A DNA stretch of 64,000 nucleotides from Felis catus (Eukaryota): assembly GCF_018350175.1 (NCBI RefSeq), contig NC_058368.1, positions 61,630,001 to 61,694,000 of the forward strand, given 5' to 3'. Below, in pieces: positions 39,301-52,946 of this stretch. Under the pieces are notes generated by a model. The model had not been told where the DNA came from. It saw nothing but the letters and a program-made list of their open reading frames with translations, and searched no databases. The stretch's first letter is position 1; each line of letters begins with the position of its first letter. Made by a program: the position numbers and the translations under genes.

Positions 39301-39980
39301 AAATGCTTAAAGGATAGGAAGTAAAAACAATGCCAGTTTGGGTATGGTTTGAAACTTTATATTAAGCAGACACATTTTTTAAGTTGATATTTAATCACAG
39401 TTTTGGAGACTGACTCTTTGCTGCCATTGTCCTCTATTACTAGATGTGTGCGAGGTAATATACATCCTCATATCTGGCTTCATATTCCTTTTGTCTAACT
39501 TATTTCTTTAACTCTTCTAGATAACTATCCTAACTTCATAATGATGTGTCCCAGTCAACAATGTTGCTAGCCTATGTGTTTCCAAGTGAAACTCTTCATA
39601 TGTTTAATCCTGGAATTTCCATATGTATTAACATTGTTGTAGAGTCTCCAAGGTGTCCTGACCCACTAATCTTTGTCCTGAGGGATAAGGATGAACAGAA
39701 CATGTTTACTGTTGGAAGGGTGACATGTCTTACTACAGAAGAGGACATGAGCCAATAAAACCTAGTGTGTATGGAAGTTCAGAGGGACTGCAACTATACA
39801 AAGTGAAACTGAGTGGACAGAGAGAAGGTAGGAGGAGCCAGATCCTTTAATTATGATATTTCTGAAAACCACACTAGGTAGAGAAAACTTTTCTGAGCGT
39901 GGTTTAAGGTAAAGCAGTCACTTAGAAGACTATTCCAATGGTCCTAGGTAAAAAAATCATGGTTAAAAAATTTAATTATT

Positions 39981-40295
39981 GTTTGTTCTCTGTATAGTTA
40001 AGAGTCTGTTTCTTGGTTTGCCTCTTGTTTTCCTTTTTCCTCCTATGGTCCATTGCTATTTTTCTTAAGTCCCTTCCACATATAAGTGAAATCACCTAGT
40101 ATTTGTGTTTCTCTGAATGACTTATGTTGGAGGGGAGGTGAGTGGGGGGATGGATTATGTCAGTGATGGGCACTGAGGAGGGCATTTGCTGTGACGAGCC
40201 CTGGGTGATGTATGTAAGTGATGAATCACCAGATTCAACACCTGAAACCAATATTGCTCTGTATGTTAACTAGCTGAATTTAAATAAAAACCTGG
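39981..40295 (+). mobile_element. Short carnivore L1 with 5' inversion (39981-40125 inverted, 40126-40295 sense)
   Basis: The two pieces are adjacent parts of the L1 3' UTR (compare 26140-26350); diverged TSD aaaaaatttaattattg/aaaaaagtttgataattg. Confidence 0.9.
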
Positions 40296-40499
40296 GGAGG
40301 GGGGAAGGAAGAATATAAAAAAAGTTTGATAATTGTTGAAGATGAAAGAAAGACAGTGAGCCAAATGCAAGATGAATGAAGTTACAACATATAAAAGAAA
40401 ATAAGAATCCAAAATCAAAAATTAAACCCAGGATTAAAGGGAAATTTACTTCATTCTCTGAACAATAAAACATAAAAATAATAATGTTATAGTTTTAGT

Positions 40500-41830
40500 G
40501 GGAATAAATAGTTTGTAAATTTTATGAGAATATGATCAATGAAATATTGACAGTTGTGAATTAAATAAGTGTGCAATGAAAGAAAGCTAAAGACAAGGTA
40601 AAACCAACTACTTGAATGTCAATAACAGTTTTAGAGATATTCTAATATTTTTATAACACTATTCCATTCATACTAGAAATAAAACAAATATTTAAAATAT
40701 GTAAGTAATTTTACATAATATATAAATACTGATATGGTAAAATCATAAATAGAAATATCAAATATTATAAGTAATATTTTATAATTAACATAGTTAATGC
40801 AATAACTACAAAATTAAAATCGAGTCTATATTTAATGTGACATAACTAATCCGATGAGAAAAAAAATATTAATGAGTGAGACTAGCTAGGGGACTTAAAC
40901 AGGCAGACAAAATTTTGTACACACATATATTAAAATACATCATTAAATGAAAGTAATTAAAATCTATTGCCCTGACATAAGTTTAGGGAGATAAATAGAT
41001 AGATACATTGTTTTAACACATATTATCATAATGCATTAAATGATAAAGTTAGTAGCATAAATTTATGAATCGATAAAGTATACTATTTTCTGATCTTGGG
41101 CTGAATGATGAGGTATTTGAGGAAAATTTAATGAAATTACACTTTTTTCCCATCACAACATACACCATATTACATTCTAGGTGAATCAAGGAGCTAAATG
41201 TCAAAAATAAGAACTTATGTATTATAAGTGAATATAGGTCAATATGCAGTAAATCTTTGTATGTGTAATTTTTTTTTGATTTTTAAAAACATCCATTTGA
41301 CTACAGAATGATTTAAAAAGGTAATAAGCAAAATATGTTGCAAGATTTTTTGTAAGTAACATGAAAGACACAGTAATAACATCATTAACAATAATCATCT
41401 CATATACGAAAAGGGTTAAGAACTAATAACCAAAAAGATAAATGTAAAATGTCATAGTTCACATAAGAGAAAGACATTCAAATTACTTAAAATGTGTTCA
41501 AATTTTGGGGAGATAAAGACAGTCAATTCACCACACAAAAAAAGGGTAAAACAATAAGATTGTTATCTATACACTAGAATTGAGAGTGTTTGTTATTAGA
41601 ATGTTTATTGAAAAAAAAATATCAAATATCTGTATGAAAACTTATTTTAATTTTTCAATAATTACATTTTATTTATACAGCATCTTAAAACATATATCTG
41701 AACATAAACAGATTTATCTACTAAGAATTTCACTTCAAATATGGCTAATTTTGTATGAAGGTAGTTTGGGGGATGATTTGGTGATCATTTATATTATTGC
41801 ACATTTTTGAATCTATAAACAATGATTGTG
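40500..41830 (+). mobile_element. Very old L1 (L1ME-like) ORF2/3' remnants
   Basis: A-rich; catcacaacatacaccatattacattctaggtgaatcaaggagctaaatgt. Confidence 0.45.
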
Positions 41831-42785
41831 GATTATATACATATTAACTAGTGACCAAATTGATAATCCTAAGTGTGTATATACCATAAGAACAATTGGA
41901 TTTAATTTGGAAGGGTAAAATATATATATCTTACACATTTGGTGGATGCAGTAAACACCAATTCTTATTATTTAACTAGCACGAAGTTATGTCTTGAAGG
42001 TAGGCATTTCATCTAAAATTTAGATACCCAAATTGATTAAAATAAATATCCTATATTACTGTTTGGGATTCCATTAGCATTCTTGAATTCAAATTTCTCC
42101 TGTCAAATTATTTTTGTATTATATTTTTAAATTTACTTTTGTGTAAAGGAATTTAAAAGATATGTGGTAAAATCAAAATAGCATGTGCCATAATTTTACT
42201 GTCACATTCTTCAAACTTGACTAAATAAATGAATCCCATGAGTAACTCTGAGAAATGATTTTCTAGGATATAGAAAGTGCTACACTCCTCTGATAGCTCA
42301 GAGAGATTTCGAGTGTCCTTAAAAAATGATCATAACCTTTATTTTTAGTATACAATATTTTAGAAAAGTTTTCCCTTTGTCATTAAATGTTTTTATGTAA
42401 GTGATGTTTCATGGTGTTTAGTCTTGAATCAATAAATACTTGAATAATAAATACTTGAATCAATTACAGTTGTAAATGTGGTTAAATGAGATCTAGGGAG
42501 TTGTTTCAGACAGCAACAATATGACTTGACTTAAAGTTTCCCTCTGTAAGACTATTTTTTTTTGTCTTATCTTGTTTGTATGTTTTTATTTTCTCCTTTC
42601 TTTTTTCTTATTATTGTATCCCATTATTCAAGAAACACTGATTTTATAACAGGTGATTAACAGATATGACCTCAGATTTCTCTATAAGAAGGAATTACAG
42701 GAGAAATCTTGTTAGAACTAAGGATGTTTGCCTATGAGGCTTATCATGAAGGACACTCATACAGCTTGTGAAGCCCTATCCACTT

Positions 42786-42787
<2 letters not shown>

Positions 42788-42833
<46 letters not shown>
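42788..42833. repeat. (GT)n microsatellite
   Basis: Direct reading. Confidence 0.98.
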
Positions 42834-42837
<4 letters not shown>

Positions 42838-43042
42838 GTAATACATACCTCTCAAAAACACTGAATCTTCTTTTAAGTAATATATTATAGTTATAAAATA
42901 ATAATTTTTAACATTTGAGTGCACATCAGACATTTTACTCAGCACAACTGCTTATTCAGCAAACATTTATTCAGTTCAAGCTCTGTGCTAGGCATCAGAC
43001 AGGGAAAATAGGCAAAACAATTCTGGCTTATAAGAACTTCAT

Positions 43043-43260
43043 GAGGCACCTTGGTGGCTCAGTCGGTTAAGCCTTGGACTCTTGATTTCTGCTCAGGTCA
43101 TGATCTCAAGATTGCTGAGTTAGAGCCCCACATTGGGCTCCGTGCTGACAGTGCACAGCCTGCTTGGGATTCTCTCTCCCTGTTTCTCTGCCCCTCTCAT
43201 GTGCTCTCATGTGCACTCTCTTTCTCTCTCACAAAATAAATAAATAAACTTTAAGAAAAA
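43043..43260 (+). mobile_element. CanSINE
   Basis: TSD aagaacttca on both sides; gcctgcttgggattctctc. Confidence 0.96.
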
Positions 43261-43289
43261 AAGAACTTCACTTTATCGATTTTCAATTT

Positions 43290-43460
43290 TTATATCCTTG
43301 TGAATCATAACACAAATAACTGTTATTGTGTGTAATTTCCAGATGTGAAAACTGAAGCAGACAGAGGTATTATCTTTCTGGGGGTCACATGACTAACAGT
43401 TAGCAAGATTTCCATGAATTTGTCTCACTCCCTTTATTCATCTTCTAAACATCACAGCAC
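43290..43460 (-). mobile_element. MIR
   Basis: cagatgtgaaaactgaagcagacagaggt...ggtcacatgact. Confidence 0.7.
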
Positions 43461-43901
43461 TAAGAGGACAACACGAGCACTACAAAGCTATCACAACAGT
43501 AAAACAATGTGAGCATTATAAAACTGAACTACATTATAAGACATGAGGAACAACACAGAATTCTTGCAAGATAAGTAAAAAATTAGATTAGCGAAGAGGA
43601 TAGGTAGTTGATGGCACTTATCTGGAAAATGATGAGTATAAAGAATTTGAAAGGTGAACAATGCATCCATAGGGTGTTTAGTTGGTGACAAAGTAGAAAA
43701 GCCCCAAATACAGGATGTTGTCAATATGAAAAGGTGTTTTTTGGATTAAAATTTTAAACTTTGTTATATCTCCTGAAAATATTGAAACATTACACATTTT
43801 AGGCAGAAATCAATATAAATGACACCGTAAGTTTAAAATGTAATAAGGAAGCTGAGAGAATATTTAGCAAATGAATTGATACTTTAAAAATAGAAAAACA
43901 A

Positions 43902-44095
43902 GGAGTGCCTGGGTGGGTCCAACTTGGGCTCTGGTCATGATATCACGGCTTGTGAGCCTCATGTTGGGCTCTGTGCTGACAGCTCAGAACCTGGAGCCTG
44001 CTTCAGATTCTGTCTCCATCTCCTTCTGCCCTTCCCCCACTTGCACATTCTCTCTGTCTCTCTCTCTCTCAAATATAAATAAACATTAAAAACAG
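43902..44095 (+). mobile_element. CanSINE with internal deletions
   Basis: TSD tttaaaaatagaaaaacaa/tttaaaaatggaaaaataa. Confidence 0.95.
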
Positions 44096-44962
44096 TTTAA
44101 AAATGGAAAAATAAACTTTAATTTTGTACATTTGTTTTTTCATGCAAACATACAACAAATTCGGGTAAGATAGTAGATATACTGAATACAAAGATATATA
44201 AGTTTTGCGAATAAATTCAAAGAGAATTAGTTACATAATATGATGTTGGTATCAATGGATAAGGGGTCAGAAAAGAGGGAATAAGTGAGAATGAAAAGTT
44301 AGGTAAAATATCACAGAAGAAGCTATTAAGTTTATATACCACAGAAGATTATTAGGGTTTTTCCATATATGCAATCTAAAAGTTAGGTGTTGAATCATAG
44401 GCAGGGTTCAGAGAATATCTTACTTTCACCTCACTTAAATTTTGAAGAAGGGCTTCACTCAGGAAAATAACTTAGGTACAATTTTGTACTTTCACCATAA
44501 CATCTTCAATACATTGGCATAAGGCAGAAAGGAGAAGGATTTATTTTTGAGAACCATGGACCAAACTCAATCATGGAACATACTAGAGTTAAGGAACAAG
44601 AATCTAGCTCCCTAGGATGATTGTAGTAAAAATTCAAAGACATCTAGGAACTGAGCTCTAATTCACTCAGGGTTGTTTGTACATACTACCAGACCACTAG
44701 ATTTCCAGAAAGGTTGGTAGAAGCTAAGAAGTTTCTATGTGATAAGCAAAGTGAGCACTGATTGGCAAAAGTGTGTTTCACCTTGTCTGACAAACCTCAT
44801 TGTATATTACCAACTGCTATCTAAAATAATAAGGAAATTGACAAAGTTGAAAAACTTATCTTTCCACCTCTGATTATGTTTTCTGTTCTTCCTTATCATG
44901 AGTTTGTACCTACATTTTTTATCTTTTACTTGTAGTCTGTTGACTTTTTTTTTCTGTTGACA

Positions 44963-45173
44963 TTTTTTTTAATGTTTATTTATTTTTGAAACAGAGAGAG
45001 ACAGAGCGCAAGCAGGGAAGGGGCAAACAAAGAGGGAGACACAGAATCCGAAACAGGCTCTAGGCTCTGAGCTGTCAGCACAGAGCCTGATGTGGGGCTC
45101 AAACCCACGAACCTCGTGATCATGACCTGAGCTGAAGTCGGACACCTAACCGACTGAGCCACCCAGGCACCCC
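44963..45173 (-). mobile_element. CanSINE (SINEC_Fc-like)
   Basis: TSD tgttgacatttt/tgttgtcatttt. Confidence 0.97.
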
Positions 45174-46496
45174 TTTGTTGTCATTTTTAAATCAAACACA
45201 TTAATTATTTCCAACAGTATACGTAAATACAAATATTCTATATTTCCCAAGTTATACTGAATCTAAGGTATTCAAGAGAGAAAGGTATAAAATTTCTCCC
45301 AGGAACAATTGTTATTTATTACTGATGTTAGAAAACATATTGAAGATTTCTGACTGCATGACTACCGGCTTTCTTTATTGCCTCTTTGAGGGGTGTTTGT
45401 GTGATGTGGCTTGTGGAAGCAGCTGGAGAGAGATAGTTCTGTCCCTAGAAAATGAATTCTCATACCTCAGAGATTGAGATGTATCTGGAAACTTTAAGTT
45501 GCATTTTACATAAATGAATTACATTTGTTATGATTAAACTTCCTCACTTCGTGTATTTTTACTCATATTACTAATATATTAGAAATGCTAGCATAATGCA
45601 TTTATGAATGAAAAATACTCATATAATTCAATAATTTTTGGTCAACCATTATTCTAAGTTCAATGTTTTTAAATATTTGACACATATTGTCAACTAGTTT
45701 TTTTTTCTCCACAGTACAATAATATTGTGACAGTGTCCTACTGATGCTAAGTTAATTCTTTTTCAAACTAATATCCTATGAAATAGTTTATGAAGTTGTT
45801 CTTATGCAGTGACTAATTGTTATAACTCTAAACCTGAATTTTTGTAATCTGAATGAACTGTATGATTTTTTCTCTTTCTCTTGAATGGATGTGAAAGTAT
45901 TGTTTTGTATTTTTCAAAAATTATTTCTTAAAATTAATATATACATTAATATATACACATTAGTATTTCACACATTCATACATAAATACTGTTTGCCACA
46001 GTTATAATGCATCTTCTATTTTCACTCAGGTATTTTTGCTTGTAAGTTAACTCGAAAACTTATGGCTCTCAAGTGAATAAAAGTAAACTTTCAGTCGCAG
46101 TTCATGCTGAGGATCTCCTGTACTTGGTTTCTAAATATTTACATAACTTATATGTAAACTCCAGAGATTATTTGTGGTTTTCATATGGATATAGGTAACG
46201 TTTACTTTGAAATTAACCCCCAAGAATTTCTAAACTTAATTATCAGTTGCTTTCATGTAATTTTCATTAAAGTTTTATTATATTAGCTATCAATATCAAG
46301 ATCAGTTGATTTAATGTGATGTTTCTCACATACTAGTATATGATCAGCTGCTGTGATTTGGAGAGACATTTTTCCAAAATCGTAGCTCAGTCATGTCTCC
46401 ATTTGCCAAAAATAGTTTATAATCTGAGCACTCCAATCTTTAGCATTATTCATTCAATGTCATGTGACATTTAGTTATTGAAATCCACTGCTTATA

Positions 46497-46678
46497 GGGG
46501 CACCTGGGTGGCTCAGTCTCTTAAGTGTCTGACTTTGGCTCAGGGCATGACCTCACAGTTCCTAAGTTCAAGCCCCACGTAAATTAGAGCCCCACGTCAT
46601 GCTCTGTGCTGACAGCTCACAGCTCCGAGCCTGGATCCTGCTTCAGATTCGGTCTCTGTCTTTCTGTTTCCTGATCAA

Positions 46679-46738
<60 letters not shown>

Positions 46739-46758
46739 ATAAATAAACTTAAAAAAAT
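46497..46758 (+). mobile_element. CanSINE with internal duplications and long (CT)n
   Basis: TSD aaatccactgc on both sides. Confidence 0.96.
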
Positions 46759-47785
46759 TAAATCCACTGCACATAAAACATGAGCAAAACAGCTCCTAGA
46801 AATTCTCTCAAAAGTAAATTATTAAAATTTCTCATCCCTAACTTAACCTATTTTGCGTTCAAAAACTTCAAAACAAAACAAAACTGAAAGTACATAAGGA
46901 GGTAAAGTGCTAGAACAACAGGTGTTCTGATCTGAGCAATACATGATTCTTGAGGCAGCTAATTTATATAAATATATATAGGAGATCATGATTGTCCTAT
47001 CTGAACTATCACTACCTGGAGCCCCTGTGGTTAATACTACCGTATATTTCATGACTCCTTGGTAGCCTGCCATCCAAAGACTATAATTGCATATCCTAGA
47101 GATTCACTACATTTACTTGTCCTATTCTTATGGAATACTTTTATATCACCACATCCCCAGTACGTTTGGCATAAGTTTTGAGAGTGATAAATCTCAGTAG
47201 CATAGATGCCTTGCCACTTTAATAATGTAACTGTGTATTATTATTCCCCTGCAAGATTTGCTGGTTACTCACAGAACACAAGAATGGCTTTGGAACTGAA
47301 ATGATACTTGTATCCTTACACGTAAGAACTAGCACCAGGTGTTAATAAGGAAGTTATAACTCTGCAGTCTTAGCAAAAAATATTCCTACATCTTTCCAGA
47401 TCCTCACTTTTGAATAAACATGGACACCCTAGAGTATGATGAAACTGACAAGCTTCAATTTAGAAAACCTGGTCCAAATCCTATAGAAAATGCCCTTGAC
47501 TGACAGTATTGGTGAGAAGATTTGGAGTGGGGGAACAAAATCATAACCAATTTTAGTAGCGAGTAGATATGAGGATTGGTATTTGCTAGAGGCAGGGGCT
47601 GAAATTGATTCTGAGAATTAAATATTTTCACATTTCTAGAAAAAGACTGCATGGATTCTTCTATAGCAATGGTAACAATTACACAAAAACAGATTTGAAA
47701 CATGTTTAATTGATCAATGACAACCAACTTGAGGTTGATTTGTTCATCCCCAGGAAAGGCCACCAGCAACACAATGAACCTGGCT

Positions 47786-47842
47786 TTTTATTTTGTTTTT
47801 ATTTAAATTCTAGTTAGTTAACATACAGTGTAATATTATTCC
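47786..47842 (-). mobile_element. Carnivore L1 3' tip
   Basis: ttttatttaaattctagttagttaacatacagtgtaatatta, matching 33815-33858. Confidence 0.75.
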
Positions 47843-50124
47843 ATGTCAGGTGTTTAACACCTTCTTATCCACTTCATACATAGACTTTGGTCAATGTCTT
47901 TTTCACATATTTCTTAGATATCTCTTAGACTCCACTGGTCACTGGGATTTGAATTATAAAATGGGGAGAAGTCATTTCCACTGCAAAGCATATGAATCAT
48001 AACTGTATCCCTTGATAGGTCTTTTGAAATATTTTCCTGTATTATAGGGTTTTTTTCCCTGTATTATACACAGTTATTTTAACCACGTTACATGTATTAA
48101 TGGAGATATCTAATTGAGTGTCTAATTTTTCAGGCTAAACACACTTCTTTTCGTGTCCAATTGGTCTCTATAGTTAATACTTCAAATCTGGCTTCATCTT
48201 AGCTTTCAAAACACTTTCTTATCCTGGGGAATCATCATTCTATAATATTCATTTTCACTTACTTTTATCAATCAACTGGCAACCTTTTGTTGTATAATAT
48301 AGCTGTGTCAGAGAGTTGAAATTTATGATTGAAAAATTATAAATCAGTTAAAATTACAGTTCACTTCCTATTCTTTTCTAACTTTTCATGTACTGCAATT
48401 ACAAATGACCAGAGCTAGGACCAGAGTCCATTGCTCAGCCATTTCCAGACATTCTGTCCGGTTCATGAACATAATCATTTTCTAGATACACAGTACAAGT
48501 TGTTACATCCATGGGCTTCCAGTTGTCATTATTTAACACAGCCTATCTCTCCTCTGCCCTATTATGGATGATGCAGTGATGTTCCTACACTTGAATCTCA
48601 ACTGGTTGCAGCAAGAAGAAAAATTCTCACTGTTATCTGTAGCAACTGAGACATTAAAGAACAATAAAATATAGATTTCTAGTAAAATCCTAATTATTTA
48701 CCTTGATTTTTCCATAAACTCAGTTTTGTGTTTTTTTTTTTTTGTGACCACATGCAGTCCCTGTTCTTTAATGATGAGAGATTCTAAACTGATTTCAATT
48801 TTCAATAGTCATTCTTGAATGAGAATCTATTTCCAACATGTTCATGAGATGGTGCTTTTATAAAGTTAGTATTCAGTTAATTATTCAATTAAAGCTGTGT
48901 TTTCTCTTCATGCCTATTACCAGAGATAGTCTCTAACCAATAAGAGAGTTTCCTTTTTCTCCCCCTTTAGCAAATCCTTTTGTTGTTGTTGTGATGTCAA
49001 GCCTCTTGGACCATGATTTTGCCTGACTTAGTACTCCAAAACCAGTTTCCAACTTTTCGAAAAATATTTTGCAATTTGGGGTAGTGCTGATGAGGCCACC
49101 ATATGTGTCATTGCCATTAAATATTCATGAGATCCACTCCACTGGAGAAATGTGCTGTACCCAGAAATATGCATTCCATAAGACTGTCTATTTAATATAT
49201 TATACCCTTCAATGCACCTCTGTCTTCTTTTGCCTTTGATTTTACATTAATGTCCTTTGTGTCCTTCCACAAGTGAGTAATCTGCAATATTCAGGCCACC
49301 ATTTTGCACTCAAATCCACTCATGGATGACTGGATTCCATATCTCATTTCCTTAAATGAGTTCCTTTCACATTCACATTTTACAAAGGAGTGTGTAATGC
49401 TATGATATAACTGAGCAGATAGCCTTATGGCTTATATGATTTATATCACACACAGGATGCTTTCTTAGCAAATGTCATCTTAATTTATGTCGGCAACGGG
49501 TGTAGAAGCTTGTCATTTAACCTTTTAATGCCTTATCTTATTAATTGGTAATAATTTTTTCTGAACATATGAAAAATAAACAGAATGGAAACAGCTTATA
49601 AACTGCATACTAAATGATCACTGTAACTGACTACCTGTAAAATGAGTCATCTAAGAATGTTTCCTCACTTCTTTTTCCATTAGATTATCCACAGCAAGTC
49701 TTTAGATAGAAAGAGCTTGCAAATCAGTAGGTATAAAATCTCTCCTCAGAGACACAAGTCAAAATGTCTCCAGATACTAGCCATTAATCAATGCTAGACC
49801 TCAGATGGATAGCTTACAGTTTCATTCTCTTGCTCTAAATCACTTTTGTGTAAATAATTAGGCCCCAGTTTGAAACTCAAATTCACTTAAAATCGACTTT
49901 GCTGTCTTTGCTATGATCTTACTTGTTCCCACTTATTACTAGTTTGACCCCATGCAACTTTCTGTCCATAGTCAGCGCTTCCAACTCTACAGAGTTAATG
50001 TTTGCTCCCAGGATTTTATAGGTTAAAAAAAAAAAAAAAAAAGACACAGGACAGTCCCTGCCAATTTGAACTGAGCCACAATCATGATTAGTCCTGATTC
50101 GGTTATTGTGTGATAAAATTATGT

Positions 50125-50154
50125 ATGACCTCAACTGAGCCACCCAGGTGCCCC
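50125..50154 (-). mobile_element. CanSINE head-only fragment
   Basis: caactgagccacccaggtgcccc. Confidence 0.8.
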
Positions 50155-50432
50155 TCTGCATCTCTTGAGAGCAGAGGCATTAGCAGCCATTTATTCTGGA
50201 CCAAATTCATAAGATGGTTTTTATAGAAAATGGACATTAAAAATAGAGACAATGCCTTCCTAGGGAGTAATGGGTAGGTTTGTTTGTTCTTCTATATAAT
50301 AAAGAAATTATCTCCACCAAGAAAAAGTTAGTTAGGTTTGCTTGCTATCCCAAAAAGATTGGATTTGTCTAAACTTGGGATTCATCTTCTATAATTTAAC
50401 CACTGTGTATGTAATTCTCATCTGCTCTCTTT

Positions 50433-50521
50433 ATGTCCCCCTGTGGACATTAGACCTTAGACAATTGTCCCCAAGATAATGTCCCCCTGTAGACATTAGA
50501 CCTTAGACAAATGTCCCCAAG
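50433..50521. repeat. 46-bp-period tandem duplication (2 copies)
   Basis: atgtccccctgtRgacattagaccttagacaaWtgtccccaag twice, 2 mismatches. Confidence 0.95.
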
Positions 50522-51155
50522 CTGCTGTTTGAATTATGAGAAACAAACCATACTTCACTGAAGACTTATGAATCTCATGGCTTCTACCAGCATGCATAAG
50601 ACTGTAGCTGGGGAAGTTGTTAGTAAGTAGAATAAAATCTAGGACTTTTAACAGTTCTAGACAAATGTCATCTTTCTTGGATATATGCAAATTTAAAGCC
50701 AAGTTGAATGCCACTGGAACGGACTAAATAGAACTATATGAGGTGGGAATAATACATAATGTGAATCTATGTCTTCTGAAAATTCTCATCCCCATCTCCT
50801 GGTCTAGTAGACTCTCTGACTAACTTTCTCTCATATTCAGTTTTAGGATGCATTCATTTAATTAATTAAGTTAAAGCTTACAATGTATTTTTCCATGTAT
50901 TTTAAGTAACATGTATGTCAGTTGCTACCTTTGATTTCAGAGACTCCTGCTCTGGTGTTCATAAGAAATACGATACATCCATATAATTTCATGTTTTCTT
51001 TCTCATTCCTGTATATTGGTAGCAGTGAGAATGTTTATCTTGGTCAGAAGAAATATTGAGTGATAATTCACTATTCTAAATCTTCAACTGTATTCTCTGA
51101 AGTAGCTGTGGTTATGAAATAAACAAAGCTTGGAGTAAAAGAGGGTTAATTCCAG

Positions 51156-51761
51156 TGATCAGGCACTTGAAGCCCCTCAAGACTGCTGGTAAATAACCTA
51201 CAGGATCTGCTTGCCAGCCTTATGCCTTATCCCAAGGTTTGCTGTTTGCAGGAGATATTGCTTCTTATTTGCAAACGATAAGGAGGACCTCTTGTGAACA
51301 AAAGTATTAGTGATGGCCTTTGTCACCAGCTATCTTTTCAAGGATACTTGTATAGGTAGCAGCCTTGAAAGGTAGACACTGTTCCTTACCTTGGAACAAA
51401 TGACAGTTTCGTTTACTTTGCAGTATAAGCAGGATAATATCTCTCGGAAGCAAATAATAGCCATACTTACTTTACATTAAAAATGATTCAAGTTACATAA
51501 ACTTGGCATTCTTCTTTTGTAACACAATCTGTCATATGTAAATGTGTCACATGGACTTCTTTGGATCATTCTGTTGGAATTGGGACTCAGGAAATAGGCA
51601 CAAATGCTGAAAATCTGGCCACTGCTATTGCTGTAATAATTTGTCCTTTGTCTCTGATCCAGGAGTCACTTACCTTCTGCCAATAGCCACGAAACTTGTA
51701 AGCTAATTTGTTGGTTGATAAGTAGAGCAAAAAACTAAGACCCTTTGCAGTTCTTGAGACA
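51156..51761 (+). mobile_element. ERV-L solo LTR (MER73/MER74/MER54 group)
   Basis: gtcctttgtctctgatccaggagtc...agaccctttgcagttcttgagaca end. Confidence 0.75.
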
Positions 51762-52151
51762 TCTTTAACTCTTTAACCAACTCCTTTTCTAAATCCCTTA
51801 GGCCCTTATCACAGATGTTCTTTGCCACATAGAAAATGGATACTTCAATTGTGGAATCAATTTTTATAAAATATACCAAACCGATCCTTTGCCATATCAG
51901 TAAAACAATCAGTCAGTAAATATTTAATGAAAAAGAAGTTTAAAAGATGACTGTTAAATTTTAAGGAAATAAAAAGTAACAGTGTCATATTCTCTAAGCA
52001 TTGCATGATATAATAGAAATAAAATTTATAATCATCATCATCGCAACATATCGTTACTTGTGATAAACTATTATGCATTAGACACTATATTAGAAGCAGT
52101 TCCTTACTGTTTTTAGAAGCATGTGAGTTATCAATTATCATTATACACAAA

Positions 52152-52214
52152 TTTATTATTATTATGTATATATTTTTTTATATTAGAGACCACAAGCAGG
52201 GGAGAGGGGCAGAA

Positions 52215-52268
<54 letters not shown>

Positions 52269-52380
52269 TCTTAAGCAGGCTCCATGCTCAGCACTGAGCC
52301 TGATGCAGGGCTCGATCCCACAACCCTGGAACCACAACCTGAGCCGAAATGAAGTCAGACACTCAACCGACTTAGCCACC
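52152..52380 (-). mobile_element. CanSINE (older subfamily)
   Basis: TSD attatacacaaattt on both sides; long (GA)n. Confidence 0.96.
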
Positions 52381-52667
52381 TCTATTATACACAAATTTTA
52401 GATAAGGCAGTTGACACTCTAAGATATTAATTGATATATGCATGCCAAAGGTTAGTAAATGTGGACCTGATTTGAACATGGACAGTTTATATTCCACAAC
52501 AGATCATCTAACTGTTGTAGTCTATATTTAAGAACAGTGACATATAGAATAAAACTAACAAAGTGAGGTTGCACAATCATCTGGCTTTTTTACGTAAATA
52601 CAATAGTTTGTTATTTGCACACATATTTGTACTGTATTAGAGGCCTTTTAAAATAAAAAATGTTTAT

Positions 52668-52817
52668 GGGATGCCTGGGTGGCTCAATTGGTTAAACATC
52701 CAACTCTTCATTTCGGCTCAGGTCATGATCTCAGGGTGACGAAATCCAGCTCGGATAGGGCTTTGCACTAGCAGCACAGAACCTGCTTGGGATTCTCTCT
52801 CTCTCTTTCTCTCTCTG

Positions 52818-52866
<49 letters not shown>

Positions 52867-52946
52867 GCCACTCTTCTGCTCACACGTGCCTGCACTCTCA
52901 CTCTCTCAAAATAATAATAATAAAAAAATTTAAAAAGTAATAAAAT
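52668..52946 (+). mobile_element. CanSINE
   Basis: gggatgcctgggtggctcaattggttaa head, (CT)n, A-rich tail. Confidence 0.95.
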
